A stretch of 64,000 bases of DNA from Spirulina sp. (GTDB lineage: Bacteria > Cyanobacteriota > Cyanobacteriia > Phormidesmidales > Phormidesmidaceae): positions 128,001 to 192,000 of the forward strand of contig JBIPSI010000002.1 of the NCBI GenBank assembly GCA_044070495.1, in the 5' to 3' direction. Shown piece after piece: positions 11,588 through 23,002 of this stretch (position 1 is the first letter of the stretch; every line of letters starts with the position of its first letter). The position numbers and the translations under genes were made by a program. The notes below the pieces were generated by a model. It had not been told where the DNA came from and did no database searches. It saw nothing but the letters and a program-made list of their open reading frames with translations.

Positions 11588-11874
11588 TTGAGGTCACTAG
11601 CCGCCCACAACCTGTTGTTCCAGAGGTAAGGAGTTCTACCTTGCCTTAGGATGGGCAGAATCTCGCCGCTACTGCGAGGTTTAGCCATCCTCAGTCCATC
11701 AACACGGTAGAGTCGCTGTCTTCACGGCTGCCATGACAGGCCAGGGGCTATCCCACGGCCACGGTAGCAAACGAGAGACCTTCCCTACCTTGGGATGGGC
11801 TGATTCTGGAGGCTGGCTGAAGGCTGATTTCCCCTCACTCCCTAGCCCGTTGTCGTGGATTGGGAGATGTTTTG

Positions 11875-13368
11875 ATGACGCTCGGCATAACCGCCATTGC
11901 GGTGATTTTGATTACCGCCGCTAGTTTTACGTTGTTGGGACTGCTCCAGGCCAGCCGCCACACCATCAGCCTGGAGGACTACCTAGTCAGCCGCAACCGG
12001 GTGGGCACGGGCATGGCCTTGGCCACCATCGTCGCCAGCGCCATGGGAGCCTGGATTTTGTTTAGCCCGCCGGAAGTAGGGGCCACCAGCGGCATTGCCG
12101 GAATTGTAGGCTACTGCATTGGGCAGGCCACCCCCGCCGCCCTGTTTGCCTTCATGGGAACCCGAATGCGGTTTTTGATGCCTGCGGGCCACTCGCTGAA
12201 CGAGTATGTGCTGCACCGCTTTGGGCAGGCCATGTATCGGCTGACGCTGGCGATTGTGGTGTTCTATATGTTTGTCTACCTGGCGGCGGAACTGACGGCC
12301 ATTGCCAAGGCGGTGGAACTGATGGCCGGAGTACCCCTCTGGCTGACGGCAATGCTGGTGATCACCGCCGTGTTCATCTACACCCTGGTAGGCGGCCTAG
12401 AGGCGACGATCTTCACCGATGCCGTGCAGTTTGCGGTGATTGTGCCGCTACTGCTGCTGAGTTTTGCCCTTGCGGTCTTTGCCCTGGGCGGCTGGGGCAA
12501 TGCGGTGGCCCCGGTGCGGGATGCGGCCCCTCAGTTGTTGACCCTCGCCAATGGGCCAGGGATTAAGTTTGGGGCGACCTTGGTGATTGCGGTGATTTCC
12601 GCCGAAATGTTTAACCAAACCAACTGGCAGCGGGTCTATGCCTGCAAAACCGATACCGTGGTGCGCCGTTCCTTTTTGGGCTCTTTCCTAGTCATTTGGC
12701 CGATGCTGTTCATCTCTGGGCTGCTGGGCATTGTAGCCATGCACTTTGGCTTTAACGATGACCGCGCCTTTTTCTCGCTGATCCAAGCCCTGGAGCTTCC
12801 CGGCTGGGTCAGCATTGCCGTCCTCGTCCTAGTGCTGGCCCTGGTGATGAGCAGCCTAGATTCCCTGCTCAACGGCATCGCCAGCGTCTTCACCACCGAC
12901 CTGCTGCGCATCTTCCCAGAAAAATCCACCGGGGGCATCCTCAAGATCACCCGCCTATTGACCTTGGTCGTGGGCCTTCCCGCCATCCTGATCGCCGCCA
13001 GGGGCTACAACGTGCTGTATCTGTTTCTGCTGGCGGATTTGGTCTGTGCCGGGGCGCTGTTCCCGGTGCTGTTCGGCCTCTATTCCAAACGCCTAACTGG
13101 GCAAATGGCCCTCTGGAGCGCCGTTGCCGCCATCGCCGCCGGAGCCTTATTTTTCCCAAAACCCGACTTCAGCCCCTGGAATGGCCTGCCCTTCGCCGGG
13201 GATTTGCTGGTCAGCTTTGCTGCGCCCATCGTCGTATCTGCTGTCCTTTGTCTAGGGTGGATTCAGCTACGGGCCAGCCAAGGCAAAACCGAAGCCTACG
13301 ATTTTGGCAAACTCAGCCGCGACATTCGCGCCTACGGGGCAAGCATTACCGTCTCACCCGAAAGCTAG
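11875..13368 (+). CDS. Sodium:solute symporter, probably a thiamin or thiamin-precursor transporter (ThiV-like)
   Basis: About 13 TM segments, YTLVGGLEATIFTDAVQ and WQRVYA SSS motifs. Lies downstream of a TPP riboswitch. Confidence 0.85.
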   Translation: MTLGITAIAVILITAASFTLLGLLQASRHTISLEDYLVSRNRVGTGMALATIVASAMGAWILFSPPEVGATSGIAGIVGYCIGQATPAALFAFMGTRMRFLMPAGHSLNEYVLHRFGQAMYRLTLAIVVFYMFVYLAAELTAIAKAVELMAGVPLWLTAMLVITAVFIYTLVGGLEATIFTDAVQFAVIVPLLLLSFALAVFALGGWGNAVAPVRDAAPQLLTLANGPGIKFGATLVIAVISAEMFNQTNWQRVYACKTDTVVRRSFLGSFLVIWPMLFISGLLGIVAMHFGFNDDRAFFSLIQALELPGWVSIAVLVLVLALVMSSLDSLLNGIASVFTTDLLRIFPEKSTGGILKITRLLTLVVGLPAILIAARGYNVLYLFLLADLVCAGALFPVLFGLYSKRLTGQMALWSAVAAIAAGALFFPKPDFSPWNGLPFAGDLLVSFAAPIVVSAVLCLGWIQLRASQGKTEAYDFGKLSRDIRAYGASITVSPES

Positions 13369-13488
13369 CCCCGCATCAGACGACACCACGGGGGAGATCC
13401 GCAACCACGGCCATCCCCCCACAGGTCATCCGCTCGTTGCCGCTAGCGTAAAATAGCCATATCCAGAGCCATTCTGGCGGGAGGTGCC

Positions 13489-14181
13489 ATGACGCAGTAT
13501 TCCATCACTCAGGCCAAAGACAAGCCCACCCAGAACATTCCCCCGGCGACGGCAACCTTAACCGCCCCTAGCCGATGCATGGTGCTGCAAGGGGTGAGAT
13601 GGAACACCTACCAGGCGCTGATTCACGATTTGGAGGCAGAACCGGGTAAGCGCTTGACCTATGACCAAGGAACGTTAGAGATTATGGCCCCACTGCCACC
13701 CCATGAAAGTTATAAGAGCCTGATGGGGCGTTTGGTGGAAGTCACTACTGAAGAAACAGAAACCGAGATTCGCAGCCTGGGTTCTACGACTTGGAGCCGC
13801 GAAGATTTGCAAAAAGGGTTGGAGGCTGATGAGTGTTTTTATATCCAAAACGAGCGGCTGGTGCGGGGCAAAGACGCCATAGACCTGACGGTAGACCCAC
13901 CACCCGACCTGGCGATTGAGGTAGATAACACCAGCAGTTCGATGAACCGTATGGCAATTTATGCCGCACTGGGAGTACCGGAAGTATGGCGGTTTGATGG
14001 CGAAACCCTAACCCTCTATGGCCTAGAATCTGGAGAATATCGCCCCCAGGAAGCCTCTACAGTGCTGCCGCTGTTGCAACGGGCCGACATTTTGCGCTTT
14101 TTGCAAGCTAGCCAAACCATGGGCGAAACCACTTGGGTCAGATCGTTTCGTCAGTGGGTGAGAGAACAACTCAAGGGGTAA
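13489..14181 (+). CDS. Uma2 family endonuclease
   Basis: LEIMAPLPPHE, EADECFY, PPPDLAIEVD, YAALGVPEVWRFDG. Confidence 0.92.
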   Translation: MTQYSITQAKDKPTQNIPPATATLTAPSRCMVLQGVRWNTYQALIHDLEAEPGKRLTYDQGTLEIMAPLPPHESYKSLMGRLVEVTTEETETEIRSLGSTTWSREDLQKGLEADECFYIQNERLVRGKDAIDLTVDPPPDLAIEVDNTSSSMNRMAIYAALGVPEVWRFDGETLTLYGLESGEYRPQEASTVLPLLQRADILRFLQASQTMGETTWVRSFRQWVREQLKG

Positions 14182-14332
14182 ACCTCTCGGCGTTGCTGGA
14201 TCGCGATGGCCCAACTGCTGCTCCATCCCCCAGATCGAAGACCAAGGGGTGGATATAGGCAGCAATCTTTATGGGGGCAGTCCCCAGGCGCTACAGTAAA
14301 GGCCGGATGCAGTGGCAAGGGACTCGTAGCGT

Positions 14333-15322
14333 ATGGCAATTATCCAGGCTGATGGGCTGAGTAAGCGGTATCGGGTAGCAACTAAAGAATCGGGTTTTGG
14401 GGGCACCCTGCGGCATTTGCTCAAGCGGCAGTACCACACAGTGGAAGCGGTGCGAGGGGTGTCCTTTAGCATCGAACCGGGGGAAGTGGTGGGCTTTTTG
14501 GGGCCAAACGGAGCGGGAAAAACCACCACGCTAAAAATGCTGACGGGGCTAATCCATCCCTCATCGGGCACGGTGACCGTGGGCGGCTACGAGCCGTTTC
14601 AGCGCAAAACGGACTTTTTGAAGACCATTACCCTGGTGATGGGCCAAAAGCAGCAGTTGCTCTGGGACTTACCCGCCCTCGATTCCCTACGGATTAATGC
14701 CGCGATCTATGGTCTCTCGGATGCGGTGTTTCGGCAGCGGGTAAACGAACTCAGCGAAATGCTGGATCTCGGCAGCAAGCTCTCCCAGCCCGTCCGCAAG
14801 CTCTCCCTGGGGGAACGGATGAAGGCGGAAATGCTGGCGGCCCTGCTGCATCGGCCCCAGGTGTTGTTTTTAGACGAACCTACCCTAGGACTCGATGTCA
14901 ACGCCCAGGTGGCAGTGCGCGACTTTCTGCGCGACTACAACCAGCGCTACCAGGCCACCATTCTCCTCACCAGCCACTACATGGCCGACATCACCGCTCT
15001 CTGTCGGCGGGTGCTGCTGATTCACCAGGGCCAGCTTATTTACGATGGCGACCTCGACGGACTGCTGAATCGCTTTGCCCCCTACCGAGAAGTGACCGTA
15101 GAACTGGCGGATCACGGCGACGCCAACCAACTGGTGGATTATGGCGAGCTAGAATCCCTGGAAGGCTGCACCGCCAGCTTCATTGTGCGTCGCGAAGCCC
15201 TTACCCAAACCGTTAGCCGCCTGCTTACGGATTTTAAGGTACAAGATTTGACCGTCAGCGATCCCCCTGTGGAGGAAGTAATTGGCCGAGTCTTTGCCAC
15301 TGGGGGAGTTAACGGCGGGTAG
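14333..15322 (+). CDS. ABC transporter ATP-binding protein
   Basis: Walker A GPNGAGKT, LSLGE signature, and FLDEPT Walker B. Confidence 0.93.
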   Translation: MAIIQADGLSKRYRVATKESGFGGTLRHLLKRQYHTVEAVRGVSFSIEPGEVVGFLGPNGAGKTTTLKMLTGLIHPSSGTVTVGGYEPFQRKTDFLKTITLVMGQKQQLLWDLPALDSLRINAAIYGLSDAVFRQRVNELSEMLDLGSKLSQPVRKLSLGERMKAEMLAALLHRPQVLFLDEPTLGLDVNAQVAVRDFLRDYNQRYQATILLTSHYMADITALCRRVLLIHQGQLIYDGDLDGLLNRFAPYREVTVELADHGDANQLVDYGELESLEGCTASFIVRREALTQTVSRLLTDFKVQDLTVSDPPVEEVIGRVFATGGVNGG

Positions 15323-16598
15323 TTGAAAAGTTATCAAACCAGCCACGTTTCCAGAAAAAGTAAATTTGCAGCCCCGCAATCAGGGCCATTACGCCTAGGC
15401 AGATTAAATAGCCCCAATACCATTCCAGTTCCGGCATATTAAAGGGGGAAGCACTGGGGTTGAAGTTCATACCGTATACCCCAGCAATAAAGGTAAGGGG
15501 AATAAAAATTGAAGAGATCACCGTCAACAGTTTCATCACTTCATTCATGCGGTTGTTGATGGAGGACAGATAAACATCCATCAAACTGGAGGCAATTTCC
15601 CGATAGTTTTCGATAATATCGACCACCTGAACAATGTGGTCATAGACATCCTGCAAGTATAGTTTGACTTCCTGACTTACTAGGTCTTCACTGTCGCGGA
15701 TGAGGCTATTAATCACGCTGCGTTGAGGCCAAATATAGCGCCGTAGTTTCATCAGGCCGCGCCGCATACGATGGATATTTTCAATGGTTTCACGGCTAGG
15801 ATTGTCAACGACCTCTTCCTCTAGGGCTTCGAGTTCTTCGCCAATGGCTTCTAATACGGGGAAGAAACTATCCACAATGGTGTCTAGCAAGGCATAGGCT
15901 AAATAATCTGCCCCTTGGTGACGAATGGCCCCAATACCCCGGCGAATGCGATCCCGCACAGGCTCGAAGGAATCCCATTCTGGCTCCTCTTGGAAGGTGA
16001 CTAGAAAATTTCTTCCTAAGACAAAGCTCACCTGTTCGCTGGCGACCCCGGTGCCCGTTTCCTTAGACCGCACCATTTGCATAATGACGAGAATTTGGTC
16101 GTCGTAAAAATCAATTTTGGGACGGTGGGGCACGTTCACCACATCCTCCAGCATCAGCGGGTGCAGGTAAAAGACCTGGCTGAGCTGCTTCAAGATGCCT
16201 TCGCTGCCGAGGCCACGGGCATCCATCCAGCTCACGGGCTGTTGCCGAACGATGGCGCGGCAGTCTTCAACCCGCTCGATGGGCTTGCTGAGGGAACCAC
16301 TGGGGCCGTAGGCCATCAGCACCAGTTCCGTGGGCAGGGCATCTTCTGGAATGTTGAGCGTACCGGGGAGGGTGCCGGGGGCGCTGTAGTTAAACTCTAC
16401 GAGGTCGTCCAGTTCGTCGTCCTCGTCGTCGCGCTCGTCGTCTAAATCTGGGGACGTTGAAACGGCGGGAGAGTCCATCAAAAACTGATTGGCCTCTAGG
16501 GTGAGGGCAGAACGTCGATCCGTTAACCTGGCTTTATCGGCGGCGGATGGATTTGACCGTTTAAGGCTCTTGTTAGGAATCTTGCGTTTACGGGCCAT
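15309..16598 (-). CDS. corA: Magnesium/cobalt transporter CorA
   Basis: YGMNF signature, MPELEW loop, and two C-terminal TMs. Confidence 0.95.
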   Translation of the reverse strand: MARKRKIPNKSLKRSNPSAADKARLTDRRSALTLEANQFLMDSPAVSTSPDLDDERDDEDDELDDLVEFNYSAPGTLPGTLNIPEDALPTELVLMAYGPSGSLSKPIERVEDCRAIVRQQPVSWMDARGLGSEGILKQLSQVFYLHPLMLEDVVNVPHRPKIDFYDDQILVIMQMVRSKETGTGVASEQVSFVLGRNFLVTFQEEPEWDSFEPVRDRIRRGIGAIRHQGADYLAYALLDTIVDSFFPVLEAIGEELEALEEEVVDNPSRETIENIHRMRRGLMKLRRYIWPQRSVINSLIRDSEDLVSQEVKLYLQDVYDHIVQVVDIIENYREIASSLMDVYLSSINNRMNEVMKLLTVISSIFIPLTFIAGVYGMNFNPSASPFNMPELEWYWGYLICLGVMALIAGLQIYFFWKRGWFDNFSTTRR

Positions 16599-16640
16599 AG
16601 ACCTCTCCCAGGATATTGGACAGTGCCAGATAAAGCATAA

Positions 16641-16662
16641 GGGCACAGCCGAAACTGTGCCC
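16641..16662 (-). terminator. Stem-loop after groEL (probable terminator)
   Basis: GGGCACAG/CTGTGCCC 8-bp stem followed on the minus strand by TTATGCTTT. Confidence 0.55.
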
Positions 16663-16711
16663 CTAGGCGTTAGCGGTTATTTAGGAAAAGGTCTGGGAAA
16701 GGTATGGCAGA

Positions 16712-18424
<1,713 letters not shown>

Positions 18425-18451
18425 CTAGCACTCTCTGGGGTCGAGTGCTAA
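18425..18451 (-). promoter_or_regulatory. CIRCE element (HrcA operator)
   Basis: Minus strand reads TTAGCACTC-N9-GAGTGCTAG, 30 bp upstream of groEL. Confidence 0.95.
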
Positions 18452-18566
18452 CCCAGCTAGCGTACCGTTAGGCTGGGCCGGGGGTAAGTCGCAATAACCG
18501 ATCCTTGCCCAGAATGCAGCCCCAGAACAATCAGTCCTAGGGAGGAAGGTCTGGCACATCTCCAAG

Positions 18567-18651
18567 GTAGGTTGGGTGCATCGAAGCGGAACCCAACACT
18601 CGCCGAGGATTTCGGGCTTGTTGGGTTCTGCTATCGCGCCACCCAACCTAC
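18567..18651. repeat. GTAG-type REP doublet (inverted palindromic units)
   Basis: GTAGGTTGGGT…ACCCAAC then GTTGGGT…ACCCAACCTAC. Confidence 0.8.
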
Positions 18652-18667
18652 GAGTGATCAATGAAGG

Positions 18668-18780
18668 CTAATACCAAATTCGACCTGTTTACCCCCAGTA
18701 TTTGTCATGGGTGAGGAGACCTATCCCCTACGGTTTTTGGGGTTAGGAATGGGGTTTTTCTGACTCGGATTTGGTATGAG
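18668..18780. mobile_element. MITE-like element with terminal inverted repeats
   Basis: CTAATACCAAATT at the left end and GATTTGGTATGAG at the right end; non-coding. Confidence 0.65.
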
Positions 18781-18786
18781 AGGCAA

Positions 18787-19764
18787 TTAGAGGCACTTCA
18801 AATGGTGAATGCTGAAGCGCTGATCGGAGTCAACCCACACCTCCACGGGCTGGAATCCGGCCTCCATGGCTAGTAATTGAAACTCCTCGACGGTGTATTT
18901 GTAGGAATATTCGGTGCGGAGGGTTTCGCCCTTAGCAAAGGAAATTGCCATGCCGCTGAGGTGAACAACTTGGTCGCACTGGCTAACGATGGCCATTTCG
19001 ATGCGTCCGGCGGCCTCGTTGTAGTGGGCTTGGTAGGTGAATTGGCCAAGGTCGAAATTGGCCCCCAGTTCGCGGTTAATGCGGGTGAGCAGATTGAGGG
19101 CAAAGGTGGCGGAAACCCCCTGGGCGTCGTCGTAGGCGGGTTCCAAAATAGCGGCAGATTTTTTCAGGTCTACCCCCACAATCAGCTCCCCCAACACCGC
19201 CACGGTTTTGAGGAAAGCCACTGCCTCAGCAGGCTCTAGGTTGCCGATGGAGGATCCAGGGAAAAAGCCAATGGTGGGGCGCTGGTAGAGTTCCGGCACC
19301 TGATCCAGCGGCAGGGGTTGGGTATAGTCGGCGCAGAGGGCAATGGTTTCTAGTCCGTCAAAGTCCTGCATCAGGGCAAGGCAGGATTCCTGGAGGTGCT
19401 GGCGGGAAATATCCACCCCAACGTAGGTGTGCATTTGGGGCGCGGCCTGGAGCAAAATCCGAATTTTTTGGCTGCTGCCGCTGCCCAGTTCCACCAGCAC
19501 CCGGTGGTTAAGGGCTTGAGCAATATCCTCGGTGTGGGCGCGCAGAATGGCCATCTCGGTGCGGGTGAGGTAGTACTCCGGCAGTTGGCAGATGGCATCG
19601 AACAGTTCTGACCCCCGTTTGTCGTAGAGAAATTTAGCCGACAGTGCCTTTTGGGGCTGGGCCAACCCTCGCAACACGGCACTCCGAAAATCTTCGATGG
19701 GGGGATGAAAATCGTACAGCTTGACGGCTTGGGGCTGGGCCTGGAAACGCGCACCAGAGGACAT
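18787..19764 (-). CDS. egtD: L-histidine N-alpha-methyltransferase
   Basis: KFLYDKRGSELF…PEYYLTRTE, ELGSGSS, FFPGSSIGN and TEYSYKY. Confidence 0.95.
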   Translation of the reverse strand: MSSGARFQAQPQAVKLYDFHPPIEDFRSAVLRGLAQPQKALSAKFLYDKRGSELFDAICQLPEYYLTRTEMAILRAHTEDIAQALNHRVLVELGSGSSQKIRILLQAAPQMHTYVGVDISRQHLQESCLALMQDFDGLETIALCADYTQPLPLDQVPELYQRPTIGFFPGSSIGNLEPAEAVAFLKTVAVLGELIVGVDLKKSAAILEPAYDDAQGVSATFALNLLTRINRELGANFDLGQFTYQAHYNEAAGRIEMAIVSQCDQVVHLSGMAISFAKGETLRTEYSYKYTVEEFQLLAMEAGFQPVEVWVDSDQRFSIHHLKCL

Positions 19765-19954
19765 AGAAAACCTTAGAGTTCGGTGAGGCGGCATCCGTCT
19801 AAGGCCCAGCCCGTGATGTTGAGCCGATGTTGAGCTAGGGCCATGACCTGATCGTGGTGGGTTCACCGTTGGATCATGATGGCCATGACGGAGCCTCCCC
19901 TTCCATCATCCCCCAGGATGAACCTAGCCGGGATAGTCAGCGGATTAAACCGAC

Positions 19955-21244
19955 TTAACGCGCCAAACGAATCCCGCTCAACTGCCAGCGGGCATTGGGC
20001 GGGAAAAAGTTGCGGTAGCTGGGCCGAATGTGGCCAGGGGGCGTAACGCAGGATCCCCCGCGCAGCACCATTTGGTTACACATAAACTTGCCGTTATATT
20101 CCCCTACCGCTCCGGGGGCGGTGCGAAAACCGGGGTAGGGCAGGTAGGCGCTTTGGGTCCATTCCCAGGTGTCGCCGTAGAGTTGGTGCAGGGGGCCGTT
20201 ACCTTGGGCGGGCTGGGGGTGAAGGGCATCGCCCATCAGCAGGTTGCCCTGGATAGGAACGGTGGCGGCGGCAACTTCCCATTCCGCCTCGGTGGGCAAG
20301 CGGTAGCCTCGCCATTGGGCATAGGCGTCGGCCTCGAAGTAGCTGAGGTGGGTGACGGGCTCGTTGGGATTGAGGGGACGCAGACCACCGAGGGTCATCA
20401 CCCACCAGTCTTGGCCTTGTTTTTGCCAGTAGAGGGGCGCTTGCCAGCCTTCCCGCTGCACCGTGGCCCAGCCCTCAGAGAGCCAGTGTTGTGCCGTGCG
20501 GTAGCCGCCATCGGCGATAAATTCTAGATATTCGCCGTTGGTGACGGGACGGTTGGCCAGGGCAAAGTCATTTAAATAAACTCGATGGCGGGGGCCTTCG
20601 TTGTCAAAGGCAAACTGATCAAAGGCGGTGCCGGAAGCCTGATAGCCGATGTCGTACAGCCCGCCTGCAAAATCCACAAACTCCAAAGCTGGAGCCGTTT
20701 GGCCAGACTGCACCAAGTCTTCCCGGTAGGCGGGATAGAGGGGATTTATCGCCAGGTTGTACTTCAGGTCGGTGAGCAAAAGTTCCTGGTGCTGCTGTTC
20801 GTGGTGCAGGCCCAGGGTCATCAGGGCGGCGATGTCTGGATCTTTCTCCCGTTGTTGAATCAGGCGACCCATGGCCTCATCCACGTAGGCCCGGTACTGA
20901 TACACTTCGGCCACCGTGGGGCGGGAAATTAGCCCCCGCTGAGGTCGGGGATGGCGGGCTCCCACCGCTTCGTAGTAGGAGTTGAACAGGTAGCCATAGC
21001 CGGGATGAAAGACGGTATAGTCTGCCCACGAGGGCACCAGCAAGAAGGTCTCAAAGAACCAGGTGGTGTGGGCCAGGTGCCATTTGGGCGGGCTAACGTC
21101 GGCCATGCTCTGCACCCCATAGTCTTCGATCACCAGGGGTTGACAGAGGGTTTCGCTGAGTTGACGCACGGCAACATAAGCCTCTCCCAGGTTTGGCCCT
21201 GGCGTTTGGCCTAAACAAGGAGCCTCGGTGGCAGACAGAATCAT
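19955..21244 (-). CDS. egtB: Ergothioneine biosynthesis sulfoxide synthase
   Basis: SPPKWHLAHTTWFFE and HHEQQHQEL iron ligands, plus an FGE-sulfatase domain. Confidence 0.96.
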   Translation of the reverse strand: MILSATEAPCLGQTPGPNLGEAYVAVRQLSETLCQPLVIEDYGVQSMADVSPPKWHLAHTTWFFETFLLVPSWADYTVFHPGYGYLFNSYYEAVGARHPRPQRGLISRPTVAEVYQYRAYVDEAMGRLIQQREKDPDIAALMTLGLHHEQQHQELLLTDLKYNLAINPLYPAYREDLVQSGQTAPALEFVDFAGGLYDIGYQASGTAFDQFAFDNEGPRHRVYLNDFALANRPVTNGEYLEFIADGGYRTAQHWLSEGWATVQREGWQAPLYWQKQGQDWWVMTLGGLRPLNPNEPVTHLSYFEADAYAQWRGYRLPTEAEWEVAAATVPIQGNLLMGDALHPQPAQGNGPLHQLYGDTWEWTQSAYLPYPGFRTAPGAVGEYNGKFMCNQMVLRGGSCVTPPGHIRPSYRNFFPPNARWQLSGIRLAR

Positions 21245-21399
21245 GGCGCTAGAGAATGGGTGAGTCGGCTACGGTTCCCCATTGTAGAGGGGTAGCTCAG
21301 CCCAAGATCAACGTAATCCAGCAGTAGTAGGGTGGGTACCGCCCACCGTCAGCAAAACCTCACCATCAGCGTACTGGGGTGAGCCAAAACATGACCATC

Positions 21400-22854
21400 C
21401 TAAGGTTCTGTGGGCTGCACTTGGCCCAGTTGCCGTGGCCCCTGGCTGCTTTGGCGAGCAATAATAGTCTGCTCTAACACCTCTGAGGCCCGCACAAATT
21501 GGGGATCGGCATCGGTGCCGAGGCGGCTGGGGTTGGCAAACAGCTCACTACGCTGGCGTTCGTTCAACTCCACGGTGATATCGGGGGTGATGCCCTTGCG
21601 GCTGATATCGGTGCCGTTGGGGGTAAAGTAGTGGGCTACGGTTACCGTGAGACCAGAGCCATCGGCCAAGCCATGCAGGGTTTGCACCAGGGCTTTGCCA
21701 AAGGTGGGGGTGCCGACGATGGTGGCCCGGTTGTTGTCTTGCAGGGCTCCGGTGAGAATTTCGCTGGAGCTAGCGGAACGGCGATCCACCAGCACCGTCA
21801 GCGGCAGTTGGGTAAGGGCGGTGCGGTTGGCGGTGAGGGATTCTGACGTGCCATCGCGGTAGACGGTGCGGACAATGGGGCCGTGTTGCAGCCACATGCG
21901 GCCAATGTCGATGCTGGACAGCAGCAACCCGCCCGGATTACCCCGTAGATCGAGCACAAATCCTTCGACGCCCTCTTCGGTCAGAGCCAGAATAGCCCGC
22001 TCCATCTGTTCGGCGGCGTGGGCATTAAACTCCGTTAGCCGAATGTAGCCAATGGCGCGGCCTCCGACGGTACGACGCGCATAGTCTACCGCAGGCATTT
22101 CCATCCGGGCACGGGTCACAATCACACTGCGAGGGCTACCGCCATTGCGGGCCACGCTGAGGGTGACTTGGGAGTTCTCATCCCCCCGCAGGCGCTGGGC
22201 TACCCCTTCGGCGGTGAGGTGGGTAGTACTTTGGCCATCCACCATGACGATGTGATCGCCCACGGTCAAGCCAGCCTGCTCGGCGGGGGATCCGGGGGTA
22301 ATGGCGGTAATCACCACGCGGTTGTCGTTACGCTGCACCTGTACCCCAATCCCCGAGACCTCCCCAGCGGTTTGATCGGTGAGATCAGAATATTCCGCAG
22401 GCGACAGAAAGCGAGTGTAGGGGTCGTTGAGCTGGCGCAGGGCTGCCCGGAGGGCGGCATAGGCCGCTTCAGGGGAGCTATATTCCTGGCCGAGAAGCTG
22501 TTGACGTGTGGCCTGCCAGTCGGTGTGGTTGAAGTGTTCGTCTACATATTCTTGGTTAACGATCTGCCACGCCTGGTCGAGCACCGCCTTAGGACTATCT
22601 TGCAGGTCAGAGCCCACCGTGACGGCAGCGCGCTCACTGTCAGGCAAACGTAGGGCATCACTGGTAGACGCCTTGACATCTTCAAAGCCAATCATTCCTA
22701 GGGAAGCAGCGGCTAGGGGGGCTAGCAGAAAAGATCGCAACAAAAAGGCAGGCGGTTTGGATGGAGAAACCAACATAGCAATCAAGGCCCTGGGCAGCAA
22801 AAGAGGGACGAGTCGGGCTGGTTGGATGGACGAAAAACCTACAAAAACGAGCAA
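21400..22854 (-). CDS. S41 carboxyl-terminal processing protease (true start may be downstream)
   Basis: PDZ domain, DLRGNPGG, SASSSEI catalytic Ser, and TFGKA Lys. Confidence 0.93.
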   Translation of the reverse strand: MLVFVGFSSIQPARLVPLLLPRALIAMLVSPSKPPAFLLRSFLLAPLAAASLGMIGFEDVKASTSDALRLPDSERAAVTVGSDLQDSPKAVLDQAWQIVNQEYVDEHFNHTDWQATRQQLLGQEYSSPEAAYAALRAALRQLNDPYTRFLSPAEYSDLTDQTAGEVSGIGVQVQRNDNRVVITAITPGSPAEQAGLTVGDHIVMVDGQSTTHLTAEGVAQRLRGDENSQVTLSVARNGGSPRSVIVTRARMEMPAVDYARRTVGGRAIGYIRLTEFNAHAAEQMERAILALTEEGVEGFVLDLRGNPGGLLLSSIDIGRMWLQHGPIVRTVYRDGTSESLTANRTALTQLPLTVLVDRRSASSSEILTGALQDNNRATIVGTPTFGKALVQTLHGLADGSGLTVTVAHYFTPNGTDISRKGITPDITVELNERQRSELFANPSRLGTDADPQFVRASEVLEQTIIARQSSQGPRQLGQVQPTEP

Positions 22855-23002
22855 AGTTTCCTAAAAAACTCTGCACAATAGAGGTTTCGCCCCCACTTAC
22901 GATGCTATCGGCCACCATCGTAAGCGGGTATCCCGCCACCTTGCCCCCCATTGTGACGGATAGGTTCAAGCTTTGGCCAGATGAATGTGCCAATTTTGAG
23001 GA

